This document shows positions 1 through 14,203 of a stretch of DNA of 64,000 bases, piece by piece. Both the position numbers and the translations under genes were made by a program. Position 1 is the first letter of the stretch. The number at the start of each line of letters is the position of its first letter. Under the pieces are notes generated by a model. It was given only the letters and a program-made list of their open reading frames with translations. It had not been told where the DNA came from and did no database searches. This DNA comes from Octopus sinensis. Lineage: Eukaryota. The stretch lies in contig NC_042999.1 of NCBI RefSeq assembly GCF_006345805.1, positions 166,346,001-166,410,000 on the forward strand, in the 5' to 3' direction.

Positions 1-67
1 TGTCTGTGTGTGTGTGTGTCTGTGTGTGTGTCTGTGTGTGTGTCTGTGTCTGTGTGTGTGTGTGTGT

Positions 68-101
<34 letters not shown>

Positions 102-255
102 CTGTGTGTGTGTCTGTGTGTGTGTGTGTGTGTGTGTCTGTGTGTGTGTGTGTCTGTGTGTGTGTCTGTGTGTGTGTCTGTGTGTGTGTCTGTGTCTGTG
201 TGTGTCTGTGTGTGTGTCTGTGTGTGTGTCTGTGTCTGTGTGTGTGTGTGTGTGT

Positions 256-290
<35 letters not shown>
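1..290. repeat. Interrupted (GT)n microsatellite
   Basis: Directly visible; explains the Cys/Val ORFs at 6..367. Confidence 0.98.
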
Positions 291-295
<5 letters not shown>

Positions 296-2803
296 ACATG
301 TGTGCAGAAGGCTTTTCAAAGGCCACAGGTAGACAGAAATGACAACAATGCCAAACCTATGCCTTAAGGCATTTAACTTTCCCTCACTCTGACCTTCTGT
401 AGTTTAAGCCAAGATAAAAATCAAATTTGTCTTCCATCACCCTGTGATGGTTCAGACTAATCAATGGAATTGGAATAGTACCAAATAAAACTCCTTGCAA
501 TATTCATTTACGTTCCTTTTACATTTTGAATTCACATGTTTCTACAGTCAATATTGTCCTTTGTTATTCCGATGACCAATAAAACTTGCCAGTTAAGTAG
601 TTGAGATTAATGGAATCTCCTGCAGAATTATTCAAACTTTATAGTCTTGTTCCTATTTTAGAAATTATTATTCATATTGTTGTCTTTTAAATAGCCCTTG
701 GCATCTCTTCTTGTAAACACCTGCTCTATGAGTGTAGCTAACAAAACACAGAGGAATAGCAAAAGTAACCCACATCCTGGACATTCACATATAAAACGTG
801 TTGCATCAATTTAGGTTGCGCTCAAACATTTTAGTTGTCATCCACTCTTTTACTGCTGTCTTGAGAATTAATAGATGGCCACTATTTCGTAGATGATTCA
901 AAATTTATTGAGAACGTTCTTACAAGCCAATAACTGTAACACAATTAGCTTTGTGGCAATAACATAATGAGCATTTTCTTTGAGGTTTTTATTCTGTTAG
1001 TGAACACTTGTGTTCCATACATTTGAATCTGATACTTGGAAACTTGAATAATGGATTCTGCACATGTTTCCCTCTAAACCCCCCAGCATAATCAAGGGCT
1101 GACTTGATGTGGCTAAGGATTTTTCCTTCATATTTCACAAAGGTTGAAGATCAAAAAGGAATCGCAATGAGTTTATGAAAGTATTTTAGTGCATACCATA
1201 AATACAAACTCAAGGTAAAAGTAATTTGATGAAATTTCTAAATGTCAAAAGTCATCAAACTATTTTACAATGCCAAGTTTGTTAACATCTACAACTGAAA
1301 CAAAACTATGAGCCACTGATGAAAGTAGTAATAGAACAAATCTGTGGAGCCACTTTCTAACATTATTCAACACACTGTTGGCATTTTATTTCAAATGAAG
1401 ATCACAGTGGTCATCATAAACGTACTGCAGAATATGAAGCAATAGAGCAGAAATATGAAGCAAGAAACAAATGAATGATTTTGAAGAATATAGAGACCTC
1501 ACAGACTGACCCAAAATGGTTGAAGCCAAATGTTTGGCTAATTTGGCGATTCTGTCATACTGGTAACTTTTGTTAAAAACAGGACAAATGTCCTTTGCCA
1601 CAGCAAAGCAAGGTTTCATTATGGCAGGTGAATAAATTTGAAACAACCTCAGAATACTTTTGTTCAATTTTCCAAGGCAAGGATCAGATTCGAGCCTATG
1701 GTTCCATAGATGAACAAATTGCTTCATTGCAGTGGTTCTAAAAGAAGTGAATGTTAACATCCTCACTCTCAGAGACAGGGCTAAGATTGAGAAAAGAGGT
1801 GATGAAAATGAAAGCTTATGCAAGAAGAGGTTAGATTTAGTGTTACCACTGCCTTTGAATTCTTTGTTATTTATCTTCCTTAGTAGGATATGACCCACTC
1901 TGGATTAGTGTCAAAGAGGCAAGGAGCATAAAATACTTGGAATCTATTAATGACTGAACACAACTTATCAACTTATATTTGGCTGCATAGGTTAATTAGA
2001 TAATGCAGGATATTGTTTTAACAGACATTAATTGCTAATTTGATGGTTAATTAAATCTCGTAATAAGTGCAATTAATGACTATCCCATGGAACAAACAAG
2101 TTAAAATTAGAATTATCTGGAACTGACACAGAAACAGAAACCCGAATCAACAATAAAAGCCTTTACATTGTCATTTGACCAACAAGAAAAAGCAACCAAA
2201 ATATCCCTCAAATTTCACCCTATGGTCTTAGTAATGGCTGGACATGCTAATTAATTCAATTGTTGTTGTGGTTAGGAAACTGGCCTGGTGATAAACATTC
2301 ATTACTAAAGACTACTGTAAAAATTAAATATGATGAGCCAGTGGCTCACAATCTTTTTGGTTTCATGGTACACTAGAAAACTAAATAAAAAAATATTCAC
2401 TGCAGAACTTTATATACAAATTTGAAAAAAACTATGTTATTAAGTTAAAAATTAGGTAAAATGTACAAATCCATTACTTACTGTATTTCATTAATTATAC
2501 TTGTATGTGAATGACAAAATTATGAGTGTGCATTAATATGGATTTTCTGAAAGATTAATATTTATTTTCTATAACATAAAAATGGATTTTCTAAAACCTT
2601 TGATTGTATATATTTAATAATCTATGACACATCATTTGAGAAGACCCGTGTTAAATGTTGAGTTAAGCATGAAGCATTGTTAAAATCTAAAAGGGAAGGT
2701 TCTGCATAAAACAAAACACTTCAAAAGATAATTGCAACCCAACAATGTCTTCTCAAAACAATACTGAAACTACAAGAGGTTGCACAATAACATCACAACA
2801 ATA

Positions 2804-3094
2804 GTCATATTTTTGCCAATTAACCACACACACTGCTTAGTCTTCATTTCAGCTTTATTATTATTCTTATTTTAGTGTCCTTTGAAATTTTTTGTCAAAC
2901 ATCCTGTAACCTCTCTTCAGGGACTCTCCATCTCACATTCTCTTCCTATTCTGTTTAGTCCAAGTGGAGTTGTCACCAAAGTGGTCACAGTATATTTGAT
3001 GAAAGATTTCAGACAAAGGACATAAAATAAGAATAATAATAAAGCTGAAGTGAAGAATAATATAGTGTGTGTGGCTAATTGGCAAAAATATGAC
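2804..3094. repeat. Diverged inverted repeat, about 90-bp arms and 110-bp spacer
   Basis: gtcatatttttgccaattaaccacacacact...tgtcctttg (2804-2885) is the reverse complement of caaaggaca...agtgtgtgtggctaattggcaaaaatatgac (about 3014-3094). Confidence 0.75.
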
Positions 3095-3497
3095 CATCAT
3101 CAAATGAAACAATACCTTTTTCAACGCACGATTTCACATCATAATCATAAATTCATTTTAAAATACTAAAAATATGAGACCAACATACTCACATACGTTC
3201 CCAGGAGCACTTCAATAACTTTCACCTGGCATCACCTTCAGCTTCTCACATCTATTTACTACAACCAAATCCAAAATACTCTGCTGACCACCCACTTCTC
3301 ATTATCACTACACACTTACCATCAATACACCAAATAAAAAAAAAAAAACTTTCAGAAAGCTTTTAGAAATTTTTAAATGGTTCAATAGAACCAATTTCAC
3401 TAAGAAACAGAATTAAGTTTTGCAGACCTCAACAATGCCCCCCCACACACACACAAACACACACACACACAACACACACACACCACACACACACACC

Positions 3498-3611
<114 letters not shown>

Positions 3612-3989
3612 AATAAATCATACAGTTCAACAAAATGATTTTTGGATACTTCCCAAAAATATATTTAGCAAGACAACTATCAATAATCGACCTAAGAAAA
3701 CCCAGTGACAACCTCAAAGACCACATAACTTGGATGTATCAAGAAATTTTGAAAAAACAAATAGAAAAAATAAACCATAGAAAAGAGAGGCCAGCATTTG
3801 TATAAAAGCAGGAAAAAGTACAGAGCTGTTAGTAGTAAGATCAATAGAAACAACAACAGCCACATCATACAGCCAATAACAATCTCAAATAACATACCCA
3901 TGATTCAACACTATGCTAACGACCTTATCAGATTTCTTGAAAATCAACAATAATGCAAAAGAAAACACACAACAAAAGTATACATGCAT

Positions 3990-4322
3990 GGCACCTTGGG
4001 CAAGTGTCTTCTACTATAGCCTCAGGTCGACCAATGCCTTGTGAGTGGATTTGGTAGACGGAAACTGAAAGAAGCCTGTCGTGTATATGTATATATATAT
4101 ATGCGTGTGTGTGTTTGTGTGTCTGTGTTTGTCCCCCTAGCATTGCTTGACAACCGATGTGGTGTGTTTATGTCCCCGTTACTTAGTGGTTCGGCAAAAG
4201 AGACCGATAGAATAAGTACTGGGCTTACAAAAGAATAAGTCCCGGGGTCAATTTGCTCGACTAAAGGCGGTGCTCCAGCATGGCCGCAGTCAAATGACTG
4301 AAACAAGTAAAAGAGTAAAAGA
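3990..4322 (+). mobile_element. tRNA-derived SINE family A, 5'-truncated copy
   Basis: Body gcaccttgggcaag...ttggtagacggaaactgaaagaagcc...gactgaaacaagtaaaagag recurs many times in the window. Confidence 0.8.
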
Positions 4323-4644
4323 GTATATGTTCCACATAGAACATGACTGTGACCCTCCTTTTTTTCACTGGATGCCCAATGGATAAAATCACGAATTTGC
4401 ACCTTGAAATAAAAGCAGTATCATCTCACACCTTCTTGCGTTTGTATGCATCATTAATTTCTATTTGCAACTGAGTATGAAATGTCATCAACATATTTTC
4501 TCCATTTATCCTGGCTCAATATCATTATATTGAATTCTGCTTATGATTGACATAGAATATTTAGGATTTTCACTTTCCATCTGCTCTTGGGGACATCCTC
4601 ATTCCTCTTTCCAAACGTTAACAGTTTTAGTAAGTTGCTTTTAA

Positions 4645-5075
4645 CTCTTTACTCTTTTACTCTTTTACTTGTTTCAGTCATTTGACTGCAGCCATGCTGG
4701 TGCACCGCCTTTAGTCGAGCAAATTGACCCCGGGACTTATTCTTTGTAAGCCCAGTACTTATTCTATCGGCCTCTTTTTTGCCGAACCACTAAGTAATGG
4801 GGACGTAAACACACCAGCATCGGTTGTCAAGCAATGCTAGGGGACAAACACAGACACACAAACACATACACACACATACATATATATATACATATATATA
4901 TAAACATATATACGACAGGCTTCTTTCAGTTTCCGTCTACCAAATCCACTCACAAGGCATTGGTCGGCCCGGGGCTATAGCAGAAGGCACTTGCCCAAGA
5001 TGCCACGCAGTGGGACTGAACCCGGAACCATGTGGTTGGTTAGCGAGCTACTTACCACACAGCCACTCCTGCGCC
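4645..5075 (-). mobile_element. tRNA-derived SINE family A, near full length
   Basis: Reverse complement of the 3990-4322 copy plus a tRNA-like head (ggcgcaggagtggctgtgtggtaag...gggttcagtccc). Other partial copies at about 6365-6790, 15580-15830, 21340-21560, 27090-27360, 31020-31295 and 61370-61525. Confidence 0.8.
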
Positions 5076-5609
5076 TATTTTAACTTTACTAAAATTGAAA
5101 TTTATTGTAGTTGTGCCACTTTTCATAGACTTAGCATTTTAACTTTGTCAGTTGTGTGTTTCTCAGTTATAAATTTCATGACATTGTTTTTAAATACTTC
5201 AATTTTTGAAGTTGTATATTTGAGATCAGATGACACAATCTAATCCATATATAAGTAGCGTGGATGCTTTTTAAGTGGCACCGGCAATTCTGTAGAGGAC
5301 AACAACCTTGTTGCTGTTTGTAGCTAATAGTTATGCCCTAAATTGACAAATTACATGACTTGTTTTATAGGTCTGCCATAAATTGCTATGCCTAGATTTG
5401 GCTGTCTTACCTGTAGCGATGCATTCAGTTTTGACAAGATTGATTTGCAGCTAATATCATTGTGATAATAACAGCTTTGGTATAAGCTACAGATTATTTG
5501 AACTCATAACATTTTCAGTTTTTAAGACAACTACAGTTGATCAAAGCCTTGATCAAAAATAATGAATATGAATAGAGATGATGAAATCGATCAATGGAAA
5601 TTGCAGATG

Positions 5610-6006
5610 TGTTACCAGTGCCGGTGGCATGTAAGAGAACCTTCCGTTTCGCGACCGTTGCCAGCGCCGCCCCGACTGGCCTCGTGCCGGTGGCACGTAA
5701 AAAGCACCATCCGTTCGTGTCCATTGCCAGCCTCGCCTGGCCCTCGTGCCGGTGGCACATAATAAGCACCATCCGTTTGTGGCCGTTTGCCAGCTCTGTC
5801 TGGCACATGTGCGGGTGGCACGTAAAAAGCAACCACTACACTCATGGAGTGGTTGGCGTTAGGAAGGGCATCCAGCCGTAGAAACACTGCTAGATCTGAC
5901 TAGGCCTGATGAAGCCTTCCGTCTTCACAGACCCCAGTTGAACCGTCCAACCCATGCCAGCATGGAAAGCGGACGCTAAATGATGATGATGATGATGATG
6001 ATGATG
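5610..6006 (+). mobile_element. Solo 3' end of RTE-type LINE (or RTE-tail SINE) with (GAT)n tail
   Basis: Same sequence type as the 3' UTR of the long RTE at 57995-61368. Has repeated gtggcacgtaaaaagcacc units and ends gcatggaaagcggacgctaaatgatgatgat. Similar copies at about 27463-27765, 30381-30565, 32490-32840 (+) and 39310-39560 (-). Confidence 0.75.
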
Positions 6007-6407
6007 AATTCCATCCATTTTACTATCATAAGCTGCAATGGAAATACAAGTCATGTACAGAGGTGATGTAAGGTGAGAGTCAACCATGAATACAGTGATG
6101 AATTTAGCATACAAGTAGGGGTTCACTAAGTCTCAGTTCTTAGTCCATGGTGACCCTGCCAGTGCAGGTGCCACATAAAAGCATCCAGTCTACACTGTGA
6201 AGGGATTGGCATTTGGAAGGACATGAAGCTGTAAAAACCATGCTAACCATGCTAAAACTGGCCTTGCCTGTGCTGGTGCCACATAAAAAGCACTCAAGCC
6301 ACTCTGCCGTGGGGCCGGTGTTAGGAAGGGCACCCAGCCATAAAAAACCATGCCAAAACAGACACAGAAGTATGGTTGTCAAGCAGTGATGGGGACAAAC
6401 ACACACG

Positions 6408-6439
<32 letters not shown>

Positions 6440-6463
6440 TGCACGCACGCACACACACACACA

Positions 6464-6494
<31 letters not shown>

Positions 6495-6511
6495 CATGCA
6501 CGCACGCACAC

Positions 6512-6547
<36 letters not shown>

Positions 6548-7200
6548 ATACACACACACACACATGCACGCACGCACACACACGCACACACACACACACA
6601 CACACACACGTATACACACACACACATGACAGGCTTCTTTCAGTTTTTGTCTACCAAATTCACTCACAAGGATTTGATCAGCCTGAGGCTATAGTAGGAG
6701 ACACTTGCCCAAGGTGTCACAAAGTGGGACTGAACCTGGAACCATGTGGCTGAGAAACAAGCATCTCACCACACACCCACACCAGCACCTTCTTTATGTT
6801 TCTTAACTAGGTTCTTTGCTTCAGTTTCAGCTTTCATAATTAACGGAGCTGTCACCATATGACTTCATCTTTCTTTCTTTTTATAGCAATTATAATCTAA
6901 TTTGACACCCATACTGAGTGATACTGCTCGTTCTTATTACATTAAAATTTTAGTTCAGAGATTGTTTTCTATATTGCATAAGGTTGTTATTAAATAAGTA
7001 TTTAGTTCACATCAGAATTCTTGCATCCTTAAGTGCCACTTTATTAAAATTCACTGCAGGACAGACATGCTGCCATTTGCATCACAAAGTTTATGTATTA
7101 ACAGATTCTCATTTTTCTATGATATCTTGTTAGGTGCACTTAATGTAGAGACATCAGACATGTTCAACATATATGACTTGGGATGACGATGAAATTAATT

Positions 7201-8016
7201 TACCATAAAAAAACCCATGTGATTTGTACATGTGTGTAATTTACGCAGGTGATGTTCAGGATAAAATTTGTTATAAAAAACTTCTTTTCCGCCTATTCTT
7301 GTCGGAACCTTTGATATGGAGTATTGAAATTTTAATCCCTTTCACACTTATAAAATGTCAAGCAAACTTTAAAATTTGTCATTACCATTATTGTCAATAT
7401 GGACAGAACTTATGAATAGTTTGCTGCAAAGGAGATATTAAATATGTTGAATATGTATTTGAACGGTGGCAATAGAGCCAATCTTCAAAATTGGCATAAA
7501 CAGTACGACAAACTTAAAACTGTGCCTAGTAATAATCAGACAAAAATAAAAACATACAATCAAGATTATCCATATCTTTACATTTTTTTCAGTCGGGAAT
7601 ATCCAAATTATTACGTATATCAATAGTGCTCCATTGTGATACTCCATTGTGATACTCCAAGCAATGTAGAATATGGCCTGGACTGTGTTTACCAGCTTGA
7701 ACGTCAGACTTCAAAAAGTAGTCAACCATTTAATGGTTTTAGTAAATTTATACAGAAACAGTAAGCATTATACCATCCAGCATAAATAAAAGTCAACTTC
7801 ATATTTAAGCCATTATTTTTTTCTGTAAAAACCTATTCTGACATTAAATGAGTCAACTTTTGGTGTGAATGTTTACGTTTTGTATGTCTTTTCGCAACAA
7901 AAAAAATTTCAAAAAAAATTCTCAAAATGATCTGCTCATGTAATTTACGCACCCACTAAAGTCTATTTTTATTTTGGGGAAAAAAAAGGGCATAAATTAC
8001 ATGGGATTATATGGTA
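7201..8016. mobile_element. Decayed pogo/Tigger-like DNA transposon derivative
   Basis: Imperfect TIRs taccataaaaaaacccatgtgattt / aaattacatgggattatatggta. Internal 7440-7530 resembles a pogo HTH fragment (GNRA...WHKQYDKL). Confidence 0.5.
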
Positions 8017-8699
8017 GTCTATAGTCCAGTCATCTGGAGAAGTCCAGGTTGGAGAGTTCGTTTTTTGAGAATGATGTTTGTTGTCAGAAGATTATGTTAA
8101 CAAAAGTTTGCTACATAGAGCTTGAAGGAATTGTTTTACCAATGGTATGTTTGAGAATGCTAGACAAGGATCTATTTTTATGTCAAAATTATGCATAATA
8201 ATCCTTTCAACTATAAGCTGAAGGCCTGAAACCTTGTTGGGTAGGGTAGGTTGATTACAATGACCCCCACTGCTTGACGCACTTATTTCATCAATCCTGA
8301 AAGGATAAAAGACAAAGTCAACCTTGGTAGAATTTAAACTCAGAACTGATTCTAATTTAGACACAAGATCAGTAATTTTAGGGCTGAGGGACCAGAACAT
8401 TATATGAACTTCAGTATTTGACCAGTACTTTAGTTTATCAACCTCAAAATATGAAAACAATGTTGAGTTTGGAGTTTGAACTCAGAACATAAAGAACTGA
8501 AACAATAGCAGCAAGGCATTTTGTACAACATTCTAACAATCCTATAATTGACAGGATTTAGAATCTGGTCAATGATAGTTTAGATTTAATTGCATAGCCT
8601 CTTCGATTCTTTGTCAAGAGAAGTTGGAAAGGAGACTTGCAAGAAATATATTTTATTTTCTCACTCTTCAGCATCCTAAAGTGCCACATACTTTTATGC

Positions 8700-9700
8700 T
8701 CATCCTCAACTATTTTAGAAATGACTCTTCTTTGATATCAATACTTCAGATCTTCCTTTCTACAAATCACAACACAGATTCAGATGACTACATTCAATGA
8801 CCACAATATATGCAAAAAATGTGTCATGGCTTCAACAAGCAACATTCTAACAACCATTAGCACCAGAAAAGCTTTCAATACCATCCCCGACAAAACATTT
8901 GTGCACAAATACCCAACACCTTCTCAAGAAACAACATAAAACACTAATGAACAAACTGCCTCTCCGGTCACAAGCCTATAGACTTTACAACAGTAATTTA
9001 TCTAGAATCGGCAAAAGCACAATGATCTGATTTTGCTACTGCATTTTTCAACATATATCTTCCCAACCATCATGTCCCTCCATAAAACATATTTACAGCC
9101 TCGTACTCAGATAACATTCCATTTACATCTTCCTACTATCATCCAGACACAGTTGGACAATTTCTCCAACCCTGCATCAGACTTCTGAGAACTTGGTTCC
9201 AAAACAACGGACTTAGTTGTATTTGTCAAATCCATCATCTCCCTCATGGCAACAATACTGAGAACACAAGTCACTTCCAACCATCACAGTATAAATGCAC
9301 AACACATACACAAAAGAAACAAATACTTAGAATTATATACACACCTAGAACAGTTACAGAACATATAAAACATAGTTAAGAAACAAAATAGTACCAAACA
9401 AAGAAACAGTACTACTGTTCAAACAATACAGTCAATCCAACATGGCTTTTGCCAGTCCAATCATGGCTTTTAAACAAATCATGAACTACAAATAACACAA
9501 ACCACACCCACAGACTACCTTCAGAACAAAACAAAGAATATTAAAAATGAAAAACACTTTAGATATACAAAAGTCACAATTTGATTTGGTTCAAACCCTC
9601 ACAGTGTGAGTCACTGCATGAACAAACCCATACAAAAATGTGACACACCTACAACACTCCAAACACTACAACAATGTCGTCTTAATGCAATTCTCTCCTA
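8700..9700 (+). pseudogene. Heavily decayed non-LTR retrotransposon reverse-transcriptase remnant
   Basis: Broken-frame motifs RKAFNTIP (about 8868), YSDNIP (about 9105), RTWFQNNGL (about 9190) and KYL (about 9320) appear in RT order. Boundaries are approximate. Confidence 0.5.
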
Positions 9701-11241
9701 TTCATGAGCACAAACACAGCAAAAATCAAAAGAGAAACAGTTGTTGCTGCTGATCAAGTTAAACTAGCCTGTCTCTAATGTGACCACGACTAGAATCTAG
9801 AAACGTACAGATGAGCCAATAGAAGAATCTACTCAAAAGCTTCATCTGCAAGAATAGCACTAAATCTCTCATATTTTTTTAAAAGAAGGTGACATCAGAC
9901 ACGGAAGGACACAATATAGTCTTGAATGTATATAAAACATAAGATAGTTATGACCACAATATATGCAAAAAATGTGTCATGGCTTCAACAAGCAACATTC
10001 TAACAACCATTAGCACCAGAAAAGCTTTCAATACCATCCCCAACAACACATTTGTGCACAAATACCCAACACCTTCTCAAGAAACAACATAAAACATTAA
10101 TGAACAAACTGCCTCTCAGGTCACAAGCCTATAGACTATGTCAGGTCACAAGCCTGTAGTTATGTCCAGAATGTCTTTAAACTTGAGTATGATTGATTAA
10201 GGCTAACCTGGGCTTAAACAACAACAAATAGACAAAAACAGATTGAATATTAAAAAGAGCTCAGCTTGCACAAACTGAGACGTTGCATCACATGCAATTA
10301 ATCACTGCACGTCAGAATGTGCAACGTGGTGATCTGAGCAATTGATTTGGATTTCTAACTTAATCATTGAACTGACTATGTATAAGTCATAAATTCTCTC
10401 AATCACGAATAAACCTGGGCTTACATAATGATGACAGTGATAAGACTAAATCCATTCTGGTGTGCCATTGACCTGTGTCCTGGGAAATGAAGTCTACTGA
10501 TCAGTGGCTTCGTTTTTTAGGAGAAACTTTACAGCATGAATCATATGTTCAAGTTGTAAAGACTGTTGCATAGCTTCTCTGTTGCATAGCTTCATTGTGG
10601 CATAACTTCTTTGTTGCATAGCAGGTATCATGAAGCATGGATGGCACTTTTGAGTTTGCTATATACGCCTGTATGAGCCTGGGGACTTGGGGAAAGGCAA
10701 AGACAAGACTGCCCTGGGCAGCATACACTGTATGTAAGCCTCTGATCTTGGACAGTTGGTTACTTGGTTAAACCTGTATGCTGTAAATAAGACTGAGAAT
10801 GTGCTGTGTGAGAATTACTGCCTATTATTTGTAAAGTCTTCACTCTTTGGCATTAAACTAGCCATATCTGGCCAAAATATTCCATCTGTTTTATCTTCAA
10901 ACTGATCAGATCCAGCCTCTCACACTTACCCTAAAATGTTATTCTAAAAATAAACAATTACATCATTAAAATCTCAAAGCTACAAGGTGATGCATGACTA
11001 ATTCATATCCATGTTAATAAGTATTACATTTGACAGGGAAATCTGAATGCTAAAGAGTTAAATGCTTCACAGTGCACAAACATTGGTTTGAGATGAACTG
11101 CAATATCAGTGAACTTTAAAGAATGGTCACAAAAGGATGTTTAAAATTGTCTTTTACAAAGTAAATAAATGCAATGATTTAAATAATGTCAATCAAAAAT
11201 GTAAAATATTTTTATTCTGAACATTTTTCTGTTGCTTTCAG

Positions 11242-11279
11242 GTTATTGAACTTGATATTGAACTGAAAACTGAACTGAA
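11242..11279 (+). CDS. PLA2G4A: cPLA2-alpha-like, first exon found (38-bp microexon, VIELDIELKTEL; end of C2 domain)
   Basis: tttcag|GTT...GAA|gtaagt. 38 bp, phase 0 to 2; joins the next exon in frame (AA+C=Asn). Same length and phase as human PLA2G4A exon 6 (VTEMVLEMSLEVC), from recall. Confidence 0.85.
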
Positions 11280-11630
11280 GTAAGTTAAATTTCGTTAAAT
11301 TTAACTTTTTTTACTCAGAAAATATTTCTTATATAAAATATCAGAAACAATTTAATCTTTCCAATTTTCTATTGCCACTAATATGCACCTCACCAAAGCT
11401 TCACTCTGATCATTTCACAATTCAGTAAAACTCCCATATAAGATTTGCTTGTTTTGTTGATAAGAAACTGATTGACAGGACACAAGCCACAGCCTACCAA
11501 ACATTATTTCCTGATAAAAGAAATGGTTTTTCTGAGAAATACAAACATTCCAATCAAACATTGTCAATATGTCACCCATGACAGGAATGTGGACCATTCT
11601 ACACTTCCCAGGCTATTTATTTGCACCATG

Positions 11631-12016
11631 GGAGGCGCAATGGCCCAGTGGTTAGGGCAGCGGACTCGTGGTCGTAGGATCGTGGTTTTGATTCCCAGAC
11701 CGGGCGTTGTGAGTGTTTATTGAGCGAAAACACCTAAAAGCTCCACGAGGCTCCGGCAGGGGATGGTGGTGATCCCTGCTGTACTCTTTCACCACAACTT
11801 TCTCTCACTCTTACTTCCTGTTTCTGTTGTACCTGTATTTCAAAGGGCCGGCCTTGTCACTCTCTGTGTCACGCTGAATATCCCCGAGAACTACGTTAAG
11901 GGTACACGTGTCTGTGGAGTGCTCAGCCACTTACACGTTAATTTCACGAGCAGGCTGTTCCGCTGATCGGATTAACCGGAACCCTCGTCGTTGTAACCGA
12001 CGGAGTGCTTCCATCC
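11631..12016 (+). mobile_element. Young tRNA-derived SINE family B, full length, 12-bp TSD
   Basis: A box tggcccagtgg and B box ggttttgattccc. TSD atttgcaccatg at 11619-11630 and 12017-12028. Confidence 0.92.
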
Positions 12017-13735
12017 ATTTGCACCATGATTAAGCAGTTACACTCCTCAGTTGCTTCGCATTGTTTTAAGAATACACACACATATACACACTATATGTAT
12101 GAAGTATATACACTATTCATATACACAAAACCTTTACAAAAACATACTCACCCAAGTATGTATGAATTACATTCCGTTGAATCAGAGTGGTGTTGGAATG
12201 AATAGCAAAGAAAATGAATTTTGAATACATTTATTAATATATCAGTTAATCCTGAACTGAGACATGCTTCCTTGTTGATAAAATTTATATTGAAAAGTCA
12301 TGAATGGTTAATATGATAAAGGAAGTTATTGTTGAGAATAGAAGATGAAATGAAAGCGATGAAATAAGAGGAATGACAATGAATGCAATTAGATAATAAT
12401 TCCTGTTAGAAATTGTTCACCTTTGTTTATGACTGATTACTCCATAAAATAAGAGAATGTCGTAAGTGAATCTTCCATTCACTACATTTTAAAGTACATG
12501 AATTTAAAGTACGTTTATAAACAGACTCTCTAAATATGAAAAATGTTCAAATATTTACATCTACACCATGTTTTCAATAGTTTGATCTTTGATTGCCATC
12601 AGGTATATCATTCCTGGAACGAGTACATAGTAACAGATTTGATTCAAAGACAAAATCTTTATTTTGAAACTAAAAGAAGTACTGTTCATACCTACTGATT
12701 GATTTTTGGATTATTTAATTTTATTTTTCACAAAAGGCAACCACATTTGTGTTATGTTTACAGACTGGGTTCTCAGCAAAATATGCACAATTAGGATTTT
12801 TCTAACTCTCCTTTATAGTTCATTATTGATTATGCAAATTTCCAGATACATGATTTTTTTTTTGTACCATATATTTTTGGCTATTCCTAACTTAGAAGTT
12901 TCTCTTCTCATTAAAGCAAATATTCCATTAGAGACTTCCTGATTTCTGTATATGAAGATATAGATTATACAGATTAAATTCTTATATTCAAGCTATCCCT
13001 GAGTGGGTTTGATTTTTGTTAAGGAATTTCCAAAGTCTGGTGTTATTATTAACTCAGTTCTGAAGTTATGTGTATTGTAGATTCTCTCAGTTTTTCTCAG
13101 ACTATCATTTATGGTAAAGTAGAGATACCACTACTTTGTGCTTGAATGGGGATGTGAGTCTCTGTGATGACTACTTGCTGTTCAGGAATATATTTATTTC
13201 TCAGGAAACACATTTTTTCTCTATAAACTGATGTATTGGTGCAGATTATATTTCCTGAGGTTGTGTTGACACTTCATTTCCTAACACTGATGCTGTAGAC
13301 ATTTAATACATTGATACTTGTGTCTGTTTGTTTTAACAGAACTTCAAGGAATGGCAGTTCTTTCTTTCTTTGATTTTTCATAATGACGATGACATAAAAC
13401 AAGGAAATCAGTGGTTAATTTGTCTGGCTCTCCATTAGCTACGACAAACATTCCTGTTGATATGATCAACTGTTCATGGAATTAACACGCAAGTTCCTGA
13501 GCATACCACAAACATACATACTCCTAATGTAGTTCTCAGGGAGATTCACCATGACATAGAGTGCGACAAAGCTGGTCCTTTTGAATTACTGTGATGCTGG
13601 GGATGATGATTTAGACGATCTTCTCATTATAAATGAGTTCTATTCATTAATTAAAATAAAGCAAGAAAGGAAAAAACAAACAAACAAATTAAACGAAATG
13701 AAACTAAAATGAAATCCCTGAATTAATAATTTCAG

Positions 13736-13868
13736 CCAGAAACCAGATTTGAGATATGGTCTCTGCCTTTCTGATGATGAGAAAGATTATTTAACTAACC
13801 GAAAGTGCCGAGTGTATGAAGCTTTGAATAATTTATTAGAGGATGATGCCCCACAAAATCTTGAAGAG
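13736..13868 (+). CDS. PLA2G4A: cPLA2-alpha-like exon (QKPDLRYGLCLSDDEKDYL...PQNLEE)
   Basis: tttcag acceptor, gtgagt donor, 133 bp. Similar to human CPDLRFSMALCDQEK. Confidence 0.93.
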
Positions 13869-13960
13869 GTGAGTTGGATTTCTTTTAAATATATTTTAAA
13901 TAATAGAAATATTAAAATTACTAAGTCTCTCTAAAGGAGATTACGGCAGCATTACTGGAA

Positions 13961-14203
13961 ATTAATAGTTATCGCCATACTTATATGGCAGTCTTATATA
14001 TATAAGACTAAAGCTTTCGCTATTTAGCTCCAAGAGGCCACCGCCTCAAGCTAGCTATTTGACACACAATCTGCGTCCATTATAAACCTTCGAACAGGGG
14101 AGGTCAGCCGCTTCATCCTGCGGTGGCCTCTTGGAGTTAAACAGCGACAGCTTTAGTCTTATATTTATAAGACTGCCATATAAGTATGGCGATAACTATT
14201 AAT
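13961..14203. mobile_element. Hairpin/MITE-like element with about 84-bp terminal inverted repeats
   Basis: attaatagttatcgccatacttatatggcagtctta...aagaggccaccgc and its reverse complement at about 14120-14203, with few mismatches. Confidence 0.8.

Noticed and set aside
1386-1898. 170-aa minus-strand ORF
   Set aside because: No recognisable domain or splice context; probably a chance antisense frame in decayed repeat DNA.
2885-2935. CUGAAGA on the - strand within the 2804-3094 inverted repeat, with GUCC/GGAC flanks
   Set aside because: No GAAA or stem II can be assigned; too decayed to call a ribozyme, although it could be a fourth palindrome of the same kind.
13961-14203. GAAAGCTT in the hairpin arms as a possible hammerhead
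   Set aside because: No CUGANGA core at the right position in either arm.
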